From Catajapyx aquilonaris (lineage: Eukaryota), in assembly GCA_000934665.2 (NCBI GenBank), contig KZ538140.1, positions 62,001 through 126,000 on the forward strand: a stretch of DNA of 64,000 nt. The letters run 5' to 3'. The position numbers and the translations under genes were made by a program. Positions 48,401 through 62,956 of this stretch are shown piece by piece (within the stretch, counting starts at the first letter, position 1; every line of letters begins with the position of its first letter). The notes beneath the pieces are model-generated. The model did not search any database. It worked only from the letters and a program-made list of their open reading frames with translations, and had not been told where the DNA came from.

Positions 48401-51400
48401 AAAATAAAATATTTGCGCATTGTGCGAGCTTACTTTTCAATTTAAACTGTTTGTGACAATCGCAGGAATTATTGATTGCTCCGAACCACTTGCAATATTA
48501 ATATATTGATGTTTGCTGTACATATATGACATGACTAAAACCGGGATGCCCTGAAGGGGTAATTGAAGCGCTATTCCCTGTAGCGTATATTTACCTGGGC
48601 CCAAATATGCTCGTTCAAGTTTAAAAAAATATCATCCGTTAGCTTCCTCCCATCGGATCCCCTTTTGTGCGAAAGATTTAATGCATGTAATCGACTGGCT
48701 CATAACCCAGCATTAGCTTCTCACTAACCCACGCTTCTGAAAAGGAAATGATGTAATTAACAGCCCCCCCTCGTACCCCCCTGGTATCTGCAACACTTCG
48801 GTAATTAACACACGGTTTACGGGCAATGTATTATTAATAATATCGCTTATTTACGTGTACTTCATAACTTGTCCTGTCAACGTCAGAAGGCAAACATTGG
48901 CTCAGTGATGTCAATATTTTTTGTTCACTATCGTTCTTTATCCAACAACATTCTTTTATAATTATTCTGTATGAAATTCGGTATACCCCAGCCTTGTTCG
49001 GCCTCGGTGACCCATCAGGAATTGCCCTGGGGCCGCCCCTGGGCCATGTGCCAGGCAGGGTAGCATAATGCACATTTCTTGCTCGAGGGCAGGTGAACTC
49101 TGCGAGTACCTGACCTGCAGCTGCGAACATATGGGGGTCACACCCCGCAATTAACATGGCGCCCAAACGTGTAACAGAACATTGAAGTTGCAGTGGGTGA
49201 TGCCAGAACTGAATCGTGAGTGGTCAGAAACTACCAAAAATCCAAGGGCTGTACCTTGAATATCTCTCATTTCTTCCTGGTCCTTCTTCTCCTTTGCTGA
49301 GCAGCCCAGCCATTCCAGACTGCAGGGTTTCATTTGAGAAGGATTTACTAGTCACCCGTCTGGAGGGATAGAGACGCCCTCCTTTTCGATATGAATTTTC
49401 ACCCCACCATTTTTTGGGGGGAGGTCCTCTCTTCTTCCTTCCAAGCCAAGAGCAAGAGGAGGAGAAAAGTCTGGGGCGATGGGAGTTGGTGGTGAGAGAA
49501 GGGATTCAGGGAAGGGGAGGGGATGGGATGAATTGGGATTTCCGGGCCTTCCCAAGTAGGCTTGGAATATCCTGAGCAGAAGGAACGTTTTAATATCGAT
49601 GCGGCCTCAAAAGGCAGTCGAGTCTTCGTTAAAGGAGGGGAAACTTGGATGGGGCTCATAATGCCACCTTGCCCCACTTCCTGGTGATGGGGAGGTATGG
49701 GTGACATGTCTCCATTTTTTAGGCTGGAGTAATTAGGTCAATGGGATATGTTTAGGAAGTGGTAAGGGAATAAATTTTTTTACATTAGAAATGTGGGGAG
49801 AATGTATCCGGATCAATGGCAGGTCTTACTCATGCATGATTTCACCAACCTTTTAACTCAATAGCTGACGGTAGTTTAAGTGCCATACCCAACAAACTTG
49901 TTAGCTCTTTTACGGCCGTTTAAAAAGTAGGAGACACGGGCCAGTAAATGGATTGCCTGCTTTTATTGGAATATTGTACTTGATTTTTTGAGTTGAACTG
50001 CCAGAATTAGTTATCACAATGGATTTTTAATTCCATCGTTTGAGATTTGACTGTTAAGTAGTATTAGCTCGAATATTTTTGCTGGCTTGTTATATGTAAG
50101 GATCATGTTAGAGGTAATACTAGTTACGCCTCGAGTTTTAAATAGTGGAATGGTCTAATACTAACAGTCACGAACCCTACGAGGATGAGTTAAAGTTTGA
50201 TGATAATTTTTCCTAAGGTTTTTCATATAATTATTGTTGACATGTAATACCTGAGAGTGACTGCTTAGCATTATGCAGTTGCCTGCTAAAATTCCACTAA
50301 TTAATAACGCATTGCTTAGTGCATGCCTGCATGCAACCACATTGCATGTCATGTTACACATCCATGCTGCAATAACAATCACGCTTCAACAAATATAATG
50401 GTAGTATTTAACACCTCTTTACAACATACTATGAGGTCATGTTTCCCTGCAACAAAGAGCATTGTAAGTGGGTCGCTTCGTCTTCCCCTTGCCAATACCC
50501 GAGATTACAAATGCAGCATGGCCGCGTTCCCGAGCATAAACCACGCAAGAAAACATTGTGCCAAAAAAGAATAAGAAGCTAAAAGGCACAAGTGCGGCAG
50601 TGCCTCCGTGTGGGCACTTTTGGCGCGGCAAAAAGCGTAGACTTTGGCATGCCCGAACCCCCGTGTGCAACTCCCCAGCGCCGGTAATATCAATAAAAAG
50701 GACATTTGCCCAACGTATAGAACGGCAAGACGGGGATGAAAATGGAACCCCGCGAGTTAGAAAATGGCCCTTTGCTATAGGGGTCCGCTTTCATAAGGTC
50801 TTCAAATGCATACAAATGGTAAAGGATGTACCCTGCCTGGCTGTGTGTGACGGAGAATCCTGGCAATTTGAGAGTAGGGTGAGGGGGGGGGGAATAATGG
50901 GGAGAAGGGGGAAGGGAGGAGAAAGAGAGAGGGAGATCCAGCCCTGTAGTGCATGTATAGTTAAGGGCATTGTTGGCACCTTCTTTTTGTAATTAGATTC
51001 GACTGTGAGACAATTCTGGGATTAACCTCCCAGCCTCCATATTTGATAGAATGATCGTGATACCAACTTTCAAAAAGTTTCGAACTATAGTGTACTAGGC
51101 CAAAATATTTGCAGTGTGCCATAGAAATCCAAGAGGCATTGTTTTCATATTTGATTTCATGATTTGATTATGTATAGTGCGCCTATTATGGTGTTTGCTT
51201 GTTTGTTGAAAATATGATAATTATTTATTACGCATGCAACAAGGGGGAAAATTAAAGCAAAATATTTTTAGAGTTTTGCGGTTGGCTTGAAATAACGGAA
51301 GTATTTATATTTGCTAAATAATGGGCTCGTGCAGTACATGGTTCCGTACCGTAAAATTCAAATGTACTATAGTGTATAGTATAATCACTACAATGTTTTA

Positions 51401-53566
51401 AAAATTTAAAGTGGACGAAATACTGATTTTTTGTCAGATGGCTATACAAGGATTTAATTTTTAAGACGCGCTATTGGTTATGTGTATGGCACTTGAATGA
51501 AAATAACTGATCACTTTTAAAAGCTTCTTGAATATTATCTTACAGCATATCACCTTTTGTGATGAAAGGATTTGCTAACAATGTGCGTAATTTTGGGAAT
51601 GTTCCTAACCAGAGTAACATAAAGTTAAATTAAATTAATAACTTTTTATTAAATCGTTTGGTCCCACTGGCAAGTGGCCAGTTGAATAAGTACAACAAAG
51701 GACTCCCTTTTTTATTAATATTTGTGTCGCTTTGAATTCACGACTGAAAAAATTACTGCACATGGACCTCGTCCACCATGTTATACGCTAGTACTTTTGA
51801 CTCTCAAAGCAGTACATTCAATTTCCTCTTTTTTTAAACTCACGCGAATGAACATCAGTTCTGGAAAAAAAGGTCCTCTGCAAGTTCCCGGTCACGATTT
51901 CGAGCATGAATTATCAACTCCAGAATGTAGCCTTTCGTCGCATTTTTTCCCCTCCAATTCGCTTGTCGCCTGTGCCTGACACCAGCAGGACAAAAAAAAC
52001 ACTCGAGCGAACGTGCCAGTTTTAATAACCGTAACACAATCAACTGGCGCTAATTCCAGAGCGCATCGGAACAGGACTGTTTATTAGGTTTAATATCCAC
52101 GGAAGCGACGACAGGTCCTAAGTAAAAATCTGGACACACGAAACGTGACTCCAACCACACCTACACGTTACGAACCTAATATTTTTTTCCTATTCTAGCA
52201 AATAAAAATAGCAGGGGTGCAACATATCACCCCTCCCTTAAAACCCCTTTAGGTGGCGGGGAGACACGTACCTTTCTCCAACCACCACCAAACCGTTCAT
52301 AACAAGCCCCCAGAATGGCCCTTCCATCGAGTCTCCCCCCGCTGAATCTCCCCCCTTCAACTGCCATCATCATCAAGCAGCCACGCTAACGTCCATCAGA
52401 CACGAATTAATTTGGCTAAAAAGCCTCCTCCGCGGGGATTTTGCTGGAATTGAGGAAACGCCCTCGCTGGGGCTGGCTAAAAGCCATGTCAGCGGCATAT
52501 TTTTCAGCATTGCACAAGTACTAGTAGAGGGTTACTAGAGAGAGAGAGAGAGAAATGCTGACTGATGATGGTTCCCTATTTGTTACCAGGAGATTCGGAG
52601 CCCAATTTTAGGGGTGCCAGAAACTGTCGGCGATGCTAATTACTAGGGGATCCTCTGCCTGTTTTTTTTTCTGGGCTGGTGCTAGGTTGCGTAGTGATAT
52701 TTGAGAATCTGGGGGTGCATACAGTTTGCGGATTTTGTGGCTAGACTAGTCCTGCAGGGGGGGGGGGGNTGTAAAGAATTATGTGTTTGCATGTGTTGTA
52801 GGGGATTTGCAGGGTGGGTCTGAGCAGCAGTTGCAAATTACATGAATTTTGTCGAACTTCCTCTCAGTATATTTGTTCTACAGTCATTAATCCGATTGTC
52901 CCCCATTAATTCCTAATAATGAAAGTATTTTGGACGATTTTTTGTTAATGTGTGCTGATCATCACAATACCTCCCACCAAAAAAAAACACGCACACACAT
53001 ACACACAACAACAAAAAAACAAAAAGGTATAAGCATAAGCACAAAAAAAAACGCACATGACAAACCATGGTGAAAATTCCATTACCGTTGTATAAGGAAA
53101 GAAGGAGGGTGCTACTTCACTTCCGAGTCGATTTATGCTCCAAAAAAACGAGAAGTATCCGGGTTTCAAATTTACGTACATCGCTAAAGCGGAGCTAATG
53201 CAAATCGGGGCTCATTTTAGCCCTAATACTCACTGCCAAAAAATATACGGGGGGCGGAAGAGTGAAACCTGTTTTAAGCAATCGACCTGAGGACTTTAGG
53301 CAGTTAAGCCCTCCCACAAATTTCCGGTAAGGGTTTGGGGTGTCTGCATAACCGGGCCGAGGTTTTTGCAATCTACCCCTTTCCCCTTGCCATCCATACC
53401 CCCTCCTTCCCCCCACCCCCCACCCCCCCACCCAACCCTGGCAACAACCCTAGGAGGTGATTCACGGGCGGCGTTATCCTTTGCTCCAACCACGAAACAC
53501 CCATATCCCCCAGCCAACCGCCTTAGTTAGCCAAGTAATCCCGAGTAAGCTCCCTTCCGACTTGGA

Positions 53567-54057
53567 GAATGTCTCCCGGGAGATTAGAGAGCCCGCAAAC
53601 TTTGTGTGGTGCGAGGAAAAAGAGAACGCACACACACGCGTAAGGGTGGCGGGAAACATGCGATATTGGCAGTTGGCACATACCTAGGCCTAGCCCAAGC
53701 CTCAACCGCCATCTTGGACGCTAAACGGGCTAGTCTTGCCTCGGAATATGTCTCGAAGTGTTATTGTGGCCGGAATGTCTCTCGGGAGAATCGAGTGGGA
53801 TTAAAAACAGTGCAGACGCATGCGTGACAGTGAAATGGACAATATGGTGTCAGAAGTAGGCCTAGCTGGTAGCCATTTTGTGAGGAGCAGTGCAACATGG
53901 TGGCAGGGCACCGCAGGGAAACATGCGGATATTGGCAGTTGGCACATAACTAGGCCTATGCCCCGGGGCAAGCCAGCCGCCGCCACCTTGGAAAGTTTGT
54001 CCCGCTAATATCGGGAGCCCGCCTCTGGTTGTGTCCCGAACGACGTGTCATTGTGGG
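53567..54057. repeat. Degenerate GC-rich tandem duplication (~205-265 bp period)
   Basis: GGGAAACATGCG(G)ATATTGGCAGTTGGCACATA[C/A]CTAGGCCTA at 53651-53692 and 53916-53958 (1 indel, 1 mismatch), with weaker homology continuing ~80-100 bp downstream. GAATGTCTC[C/T]CGGGAGA at 53567 and 53773. Confidence 0.85.
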
Positions 54058-57000
54058 AGATCCGCTGCCTCCAAACGGCTTCCAAAAGCCTCCCAGGCGT
54101 CCACCGACCTGAGGATATTGGCCGCAGATAAAGGCTCCTGGACTTTGTGCCGTGGCCATCATTACCGACTCGGGACGACCCTAAAGGGATCTGGGAGCTG
54201 CCACTTCCCGGGCCTTCGCAAGATGTCTGAAGGCTTTTCTACCCACACCCGCCTCCCCAACCTCCCCCGATACTTCCATCTGCTTCTGATTGGTGCCTCA
54301 ACCAGGTCATCTCCTTTGTTTCTGCGGATTCAACTGTTATGTCACATTAGTGTAAGGCACCAGGCGAATTTGGTGACGAAAAATCAAACTGTGCACTTGG
54401 GTCAGGAGTTGACACCACGCCACCTCAGGAGGGCGTTTTTGGGTGTGGTTCCCCTGCGGCCACCGGGAAGCAACCCTCTTTCGTCCAGCGATAAACAAGG
54501 GAAGAGAGGGGCGTAAATCTCGCCTCCAGGCTTGGCAAGCGCCCCTTCTGAAAGGACATCCAATCAGCAAAAGAGAGGCAAAGGGGGTGCAATTTAAGAG
54601 ACGGTGGCGCACTCGTCCAGAGAGGGCCATCTGAAGAATTCAAGCGGTCCCCCCTTCTTTTCCCGATAGTGAGAAAGTCCAAAAAGCATGAATGAGGAGT
54701 GGAGCGTTAATGGGCAATAAGATAGCGGCCCGAATGTTGTCATCACTGACCAAAAAGTCTGCCAATTGGCCGCCAGCGTGGCCGTTTCCAGGCGGAGGGG
54801 ACTGATAAGAAATAAACGCTGACTCAGAAAGCAGACCAGCGTCGTTCCGGCCCATCCCATTTTCTTCGCCTTTTTTGGGGGGGGGGGGTGTTGCTGCTAG
54901 GAAGATTTGCAGGAAAACTGATTTCTCCAGAGATCCTGCGAATCTGCAATAAGGATCAGAGGGATATCTTGAAAGGACACTGGGGTAATAGATTTCATGG
55001 CTGCATCCCAATGCTTGGGTCATTGTTGATGTCCGTTGCTTGTCTGGTCGGGCTCACCGTACTAATTAAATGGTTCTGGAAGTTTCAGACATCGCTTGAG
55101 AGGGTTTTTCTCTGGAACTGTAGACCCTGCCTTGGGCGTTTAATTACTTTCGCTAACCACTGACAAACTATTGATCATGCTTCCCGTTACTGCTGAATCA
55201 GGTCTGACCCTACTGCCTCCTCCTGGTACAGTGTGCGTTACTTCAGGAGGTCGCGAAGGTGATGGGGAACTTATTAGCCGCTTCATTATTTCCGCTTGGT
55301 CTGGGTGGGTCGTCCTTTCCGATAATTAAATCGAGACCAAGCTCAAGGAAGCAGAAAAATCCTTCCAATCTTATATCAGGTTGCACCATACCCAGAAAAA
55401 AGTTGACCAGCTGGAAAATGACCAAATGTGTACAGTATAGGCCAATGGACGCACTTGGTGTTGCTTGGCCATGCTCGTCTCTCTCCAGCAAAAAATGTCA
55501 TTATTCATAAATGGCATTGGTGGTAGCAGGTATGGAGTCGCATAGAGATGACTGCATCAGGCGGCAAAGTACAGTGCAGTGGAGAGAGGGGTGGGTTTTG
55601 GGAGCCAGGTTTGGAATAGAAACGAGGCTTCCTGCTGGCATAATTAGTAGGTGCTCGCCTTGCTCTTTGAAGCCTTGCAAGCAGCTAACCAACCAAGCAA
55701 CCCTTTCCCTTTTCCTGCTGGCCGAGCAGCACGCGAAGCCCAAACCTCTCCCACATGCTATTTCCTCATTTGTAAGTCATACAGTCCGGCCCCATGTGAT
55801 ACCGCTGACAGTTCTGATTTAGAAGGCGCTCCCTCATTCATTATTCTGCCCCAGCTTTAAAAGCAGCCAAGGCTTATGCCTGTGCCCAAAACCCTCGAAA
55901 TGCTGGAGCCCCCCCTTTTCCTTCCGAGAACTTTCGGATACTTTTTATAAAAAGGGCTAGGGCTGTTCTACATTATATGACCTCTCCTTCGTTCTTCATG
56001 CATGGTGTCGCTCGTTGCAGCAAGTATATCCGAAAAGGCCTTTTCAAGAGACGGGTGGGGCCTTGCTTGTTGACGGGAAAAGGGGGGTGGGGGACAGACT
56101 TTGGGTCAATTTTGAACTTTCGTGTACCGGGATTAAGGTGCTTGAGGTTCCTTTCAAGATGGGCCTGCTTTGCTTTGTTCCGGAGCAGAGATGCATGTGA
56201 TGTGTACACGCAATGCAAGCATTTGTGTGTACCTGAGGGTGTAAATATAACCGTGATGAGGGACACAAGGTGTGTTAAAATTAACCTGCAGGCTGGATCT
56301 ATACACAACCGAATAATATTAACAGTTAATACAAAGCTTCCTGTAGAATATATGCATAATTGTTGCAGATTAAATTGAATTGTTTCAAATCGGGCCGCCA
56401 CTCACAAGACGTCAGTGCCATCTACATTTCGGAAGACGCAACCTTCTCCGTGTCCCCAAGCTGATTTATTTTATTCCCAGCACATGCACATTTCTGACGT
56501 CTGCTTCTTTGACATATCGACTCATTCGGCGTTTCTGACACACGCTGTTGAAGCCGGGCCTATGCAAAGTCTGGATTCCCCCCCAACCCTCTAGCTGACG
56601 TAGCGATTCACCCGCACCTCCGACGTGCAATCAGCAACATATCGGGTTTCCTGCAGGGCCTTTTCCACCAGGCTCGGTTCATTAGTTGGGATCATATAAT
56701 AGCTCGCTCTAGTGTGATGTATATTCGCTCCACATGACTCATTACACGAATTCTGGCCAGCTAATTCGGTTCGGCCCTGGTTGGAGAGAGAGGGTGGTTG
56801 TGGGGGGGCTAATGTTTCTTCCTCTCCGTGTGTGTGCATGCATGACTCATGCAACTTTTGGAGTCATGAAGGTGCTTATCCGCATCCCGCACACGCACCG
56901 GATGCCTCATAAATTACTGCATCGACGAAACTGCACCAGACCCCCTGCATTCAATCCACGTTCTTTTGGTGGTGCGAAAAATGGGTGGTGAGAAAGAAGA

Positions 57001-60000
57001 GGTGGGTCCCTCCCTTCCAAGTTGTCTAATCTAAGGGTGCCTCGCCCTTTGGACCTCCTTCCATTGATCAAAGGCAGGTCACCTTCTCTGATTAGCACTT
57101 CCCAGCTCCCCCCCACGCCCTTATTGATTAGTCGAGCATCAAGCCAGTTGGATTACGCGATTCTTATTCGAGGAGCTTGGAATTGCAGCGTTAGAAGCGC
57201 GTCTTGGCTGTCTCCATGATATAAAATTTAATGAAGGGAATACTGAGTAGGGTTCGCTTCCAGCGATTTTTTTTTTTTTTTTCGTCTCGAGCTCTCTACT
57301 CTTCTGCACTCCCCAAGATCTTTCTAATGGAAACGAGCTGCTTTTCCCACATCAATATGTAAAATGTCAGGGCGTCGATTTTAATCCCAGGGATGACTCG
57401 GATTGAAAGGCAGTGCGGATAAGAATGAGACGTGCTAGGTAATGTTACTGGATTATTTATGTGGAATTGTATCTCTTTGTCCCGCTTGAATAAGAAGTTT
57501 TTAATGCAAATCCTGATCTAGTTGCGAGTTTGTGAAATATTGAGAGGAACAATCCTTCAAAATATCAGTCGGCGGATATGTGGCAAAATGGACAATCCTA
57601 ACGGATGACCACCTAACAGCATTGCGTGATTAAAATCATGAGCGGATTAGGACCAGCAAAGCTAATGAACCCCAATTGTGCCGACGGGAGCCCCTCCCAT
57701 TTCCCCAGGACTCCAACAATTCAATTTATAGCTAGAACCGGTTTTGATTAACTCACATTTCCACACACAGGGAACCCCCCCTATGAATGTAGGGAGCAGA
57801 CCTGTATGTGTGTGTGTATGAACTATTATTATACGTCTGGCAGTCCGTATTATATCGCCCATTTTCTGCCAGTAAATCATAGGCAATGTAATTTTCTAGC
57901 TCCAATCTGATGAGAGCTTCGTTTTTTTTTTTTTCAAAAAAAAATGGTTGCGGTGGGAGGGGTTAGGTTCAGCATTTCGCGTGTACATGTGTGTGAGTGT
58001 GCATGTGTGAGCGTGTAAAAGTGCATGCGAAAGGGGTATAATCCCAGCTCCGCCCCATTTACCCCCCGCCTCACTACACATTGCCATTCTCAATATTTTA
58101 GTGCGCGTAATAGAGGACGTGTCCCCAGAGGATTTTTTTTCCGGCCATCGAAAGCTCTGATTACGGCCTGTTCTTTGCTGCGGAGGCAACGGTAGAAGAG
58201 TTGTAGTGCATGGTTACTTTGAGCCGTGTCATCGCTCCAAAATTTGTGGAGCCTGGCAAAGTAGGGGGGTAATTAAAATATTGAAATGTAGAGCATGTTT
58301 TATGCATCAATTTTTAGGGAAGGGGGGGGGGTATTGAGGAATTTGCATGGTTTGGGGAATGTGCACAGTGCGCTACACAGTTTTATAGCGTACATGTTGA
58401 TTAAGTATATGCCAAATCGTGCTTTAACTTGCACTACAAAACAAAGAGTGGTATCTATGTCACTACAGTTGCAGAACTATAAGGTTTTGAGAGCTAATTT
58501 TCCATGCATGTGTTACTTGATATGACTGTTATAGGATTAAACAAAAAGCAAGGGGTAAAGTGTCAAAAATTGCAGAATCTCTTCTGAAACCAATATTGGA
58601 CATGAAATGAAGTCGAGAGTTCTTTAAAAATCCAATAAATGCATGCCAGAGTATGCTTCCATAGTTGTTCTGTAATTTGATGAAGTGTAGAGTGCTTCAT
58701 TGAATTTTTAACTTGTAAAATGCAAAAATGTGTAACCTGTGGAACACTCTTTTCATTCTAAACTTATCATGTGTGATACACTCTGATACTTCGAGTTCTG
58801 CCCATGGATTTTGTGAGAATATACTGTAGGCGTCGTCTAATCTTGGAGGCTATACAGTACCAAGTGATGCTACGTGATTTCCAGGGGGTTCAAAGTTGGG
58901 GCGCCTCCTTTTTAGTTGCGAAAATCCAGAAGGCAAACCTGGTCCAACTTTTCACTGCGACGTCCACTTTTGTTCAGTGGATTGTTGGGAGGGGGGTCAC
59001 TCCATTCCTGTCTACGCCCATTTTTTTTTTGATATATTTTCATCCTCCCCATTCCTCCCCCATCGTCTATCAGAGAACACCTCCTGAAAAGAGGCGACAT
59101 ATAAAGTTTCCTTTTCCTTGGCGTGTGTTTGTCTTTGCAGCTCTCCTTTCGGGGGAAAAAAGCCAGCAGGCTACGTAGCCCGCCTGGGAAGCAGCCAAAA
59201 ACGTCAATATTTCACTGGGGAGAAGAATAGGAGGCGAAAAGGAAGGAAGGAAAGAGGAAGGGAGAAAAGGGCAGCTTCCTTGGGAAAGGAGGATTTGCTC
59301 AGGTGTAAATCTCTAGTGTTGCTGTGTGTGCACACTGGCGCAGTTTCTGTTGGCAAAAAAGAGAAAGGTTATTTTTCTGAAAATAGTTTCATCTGCGTAT
59401 AGGGTTTCTAGGGGAAAATAACAAAGGGTAGGGTATTGTAATGCTCTCAGGCAAATAATAAAAGTGCGTCATGCTTTTTTTCTTTAGGACTCGTGCAGAA
59501 TTATACATTTTTTATTCTTTATCCGCATTTGAATATTTTACGTACCGTGCGTCACAGCTGCGTTTGGAATTTAAAGGTTGAGCAAAATTTAGATGCAGAC
59601 GAAAGTTACTGATATATTTATGTTATTAAAATATTCATGCACTCTGTCCAAAAAGGACTGTAACGAAAATATTGCTTTAATCATTATTTCAGTATTGTTG
59701 TTAAATGTTAATAGTATTAATTTTATTTGTGTACGCTCCCATCCCTAACAATCTTGGTGTGGGAAGAAAATATTATTAATAATACATACGCATAAATATT
59801 GAAGGTTAGCTTAGCTATTTTCATGACGCACTTTTACTACTTGATGCGAAATCGAACATTGTAACGACATAAGTACGGCCATTATTTTACTAACTGCTCA
59901 ATTTATTTTCTGCATGAAAAACATGGGGTTGCTATTAATTCATACACGTTCTCATGCATTATTCATTTAGAGCCATGTTGTCATTCACACATGTCCTGGA

Positions 60001-62956
60001 GATAAGTGCATGAAATTTTTTTGTGCAAGAATTATTTTGCATTTGAACAAAGCAGTATTAGCCCCGTCATTTATAGTTCATCCGTGACGGCGAATTTAAA
60101 AAAGGTCCTATGTCAAGCTTGAAGAGAAGGAAAAAAAATTATTGCCGGATTCAAAGATATTATGCAGATTAGTGCGTCCGCACTTGCTCTGAGAGAACCC
60201 ATAAGCTTCGTTGGGTCCAGCAAAATGTACCGTTTGTTCCCAGACCACGTTCAATGACAAGCGTACTTAACTACTCCACTCCACACCCCTCCTGGCCTGA
60301 TAGCAGTCTGCGTAGGGTTCTGTGCAATTTTTGAGCGTGGAGATTAAAAAGTCCCAGGGCCCCCAGGTCCCTCTTTTTTGGGGTGGACAATAAGCGGAGC
60401 AGAGAGAGAGAGAGAGGAATTAGATGGGTCTGTGTGGGTGGGTCCCAAAGTGAAGTGGAATATGACCCACCCTATAACCCTCTCACACCACACCCTGCGG
60501 TCGGAAATAATCGTAAGGCAACCTCACGCTCATTTCCCAACGATTGAGTCATTAGAGAGGGGGTTGGAGTAAGCGGCGAAAATATTTCGCCGAGAGGACA
60601 TGGCGATTATTAGACACCCGAAGCACATTTTGGGGACGACTTCTATACAACGGTTCTTGCACGCAGAAATACCTGGTAATGAACGTGTGTCATATGTGCG
60701 GGCTGACATTGGATTATGGGAGCAGTTTGACTTTGCCAGCATTTGGTCACTTGTTTAAGCAGGGACTAACTTGATGGAAAATGCTGGTTGTTCAAACATG
60801 GCCTCGGGGGTACGAGGGTATTAGGCATGAAATTGCGACTCTGCCGGTTACGATTTGTTTAAGGAATTTTTGCAATTCCGGACATGTGGGGGGCGGGGGT
60901 GTCAATATTCGAGTAGGGAGCAAATATTCGGTTGTTCCATATTCAAGCGTGAATTATTTTGTGCGCACATTTCCTGCTGTGTTGTAACGTCCTTATTGCA
61001 CCGGGTGGTACGAAAGGTGCGTAGTTCCTTTTCGGGATTTTATCGAAATTTAAAAATATTTGCATTAGTTGATTTTGTGGTTTTTGGCTTCATTAAAGAG
61101 CTGTTAATTTTTGAATCGCAATACCAGCATGTTTGGAGGGTTGCATGGCGTGCAGGATGAGCCTCTCACCAGTGTGTAAATCCAAAACCCTTTTTAAAAA
61201 GCTGATATCGGCGAAATTAATTTTTTTTTGTAAAAATCGTGTATAAACCCACGTTTTATCACGCCATGGAAAATTCCAATATCACTTCGCATTATGAACG
61301 TACCCGGCGGAACTCCCAGAGAAAGACCATCCTCGACATCGATCACATCTGTTTCTGTGACATTTCGCCGGCCTATTAGTCGAGCAATTAATGAGCAATC
61401 AGTAACCAAAGCAATAGGGGACCCGGTGCAAAGTACGCGGCCCGACATTATGAGCCGGCATTGACGTGATCTTTCTGAAAAGGGGTGACGTCAGTGGATG
61501 AATGTAAGGGAGTGTGACATAAAGGCCTTTTAAATCGATTCGGAGGGATTTGGGCAATTTATGGCCAGGCCAGAAACGAGGAGAGATTAATGAAGAGGTC
61601 TGCTGGGAATTTCTGTGGGGGTGGAAAAGGGACGAAAAAGTGATGTGCGCAATTGCGCACTGGACTGGCTCTGGACTCGGTCTCCGTAAAGGTCCTTTTT
61701 TTCTGTGTGTTAACCGGTAGAAGATTGAACCAGACTGTCGCAGACTGGTGAGAAAAAGGAGCAAGGATATTCCAATATCCAGCAGACTTTTTGAAGGTTT
61801 GCATAATATGGGTCAGTAGATGGTCAAATAATTGCTGGTCATTTATTCGAGTGGAAATGATTTGAGAGGATCTTTCCTCTTTGTTTTACAGGGGTTCGCT
61901 TCTCATCCATTTTAGTCCCGGGTTTTTTTTATAGGGATGGCTGGAAACAAGCCTATAGAGCCTCGGGATATGGCGGAGCAATGAAAATTGAATGGGGATG
62001 GAAAATTTGCCTGGCAATGGGAGCAGAGGAAATAAATGAGGTGCAGCACAACAAAGCATATCAATAGGGAGGATCGCGGCTCTCTCCCATAAAGCTCGAT
62101 AGTTAAAAAAAAGAAGAGGAAAAGGTATAGGAGGAGGCAGTAAACCTGAATTTCTTCCTCGCTTATCAACTATTGTGTGGGTGGATGGGTGGTGGCATCT
62201 CTTATCACCAGGGACTCTTTTTTTAAAGGTTCGGTTTGTTGCACGCGAAGGTTTCGGGGGGTTGGAAAAATCTGGCCCGGATTTTCTTTGTATCCCTGGA
62301 TCCAAGATGGCTTCCGAGTCTGTGGAGGTGTGGTCTGAGAGCCGAAAATTTAGTGAGGGGGCGATCGTCCTCAAGTACTGTGCTGTAGTGGAATGCGAGA
62401 GATGTGTCCTCCAATTAGCCCAAGTGGCTTCAGACATGAAGAAACTCTTAATGCCCCCTCTACTCCTCGAGTCCCCCAGTCGCAGCCAGTGTCCACGACA
62501 ACTGTTTTGCGGTTCCGCAGCATTAGTCCCGACTCCTCTGAGGATGCCACCGCTATTCATTAGGACCCATTCCTGCACAAGGGGGCGCCTCAAAATGTAG
62601 GCAGTTATGGTCTACTACTCGCAAGACTACAACTACATACCTGCATGGTCGCATAGGGAAATAATACGACCTTTTGTTGGGTACTGGGGTTACAACTTTC
62701 TGAGTTTCATCCCCCTGAAGAAAAGCTGTAATGAAATGTTACATCGCTAGGTAGCGTTTGTGTGTATATGCAAAATCCATATAGAGTGAGGTTGTCTGTA
62801 TTTCTGGCCGTGTTGTCTCTCACCTTGGAAGGAGGCAAGGCCCGGGGGCCATCAAGATCCATATCTGGGAGGGGCCGCCCCAGTCGATACATAGGTGGAG
62901 GCTCCGGCGGTAAACACGGTTTGAAATTTCAACACCAGGGGGAGTCATCAAGGGGA

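Noticed and set aside
54353..54368. TAAGGCAC (miR-124 seed) with loose downstream similarity
   Set aside because: Multiple mismatches to the invariant mature sequence and no 5' arm complement.
57908..57930. CTGATGA hammerhead ribozyme core (also at 27742, 29833, 52562, and minus strand near 3570)
   Set aside because: No stem II followed by GAAA, and no flanking helices in any instance examined.
58563..58680. Minus-strand peptide VQYWFQKRF resembling homeodomain helix 3 (WFQNRR) or a mariner HTH
   Set aside because: Lacks the invariant Asn, the upstream residues do not fit either family, and a stop follows within a few codons.
61886..62593. Longest ORF (235 aa, minus strand), plus 63078-63698, 9500-10024, 20665-21159 and 54031-54516
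   Set aside because: No recognisable domain, composition typical of translated non-coding DNA, often non-ATG starts; lengths are attainable by chance in 64 kb over six frames.
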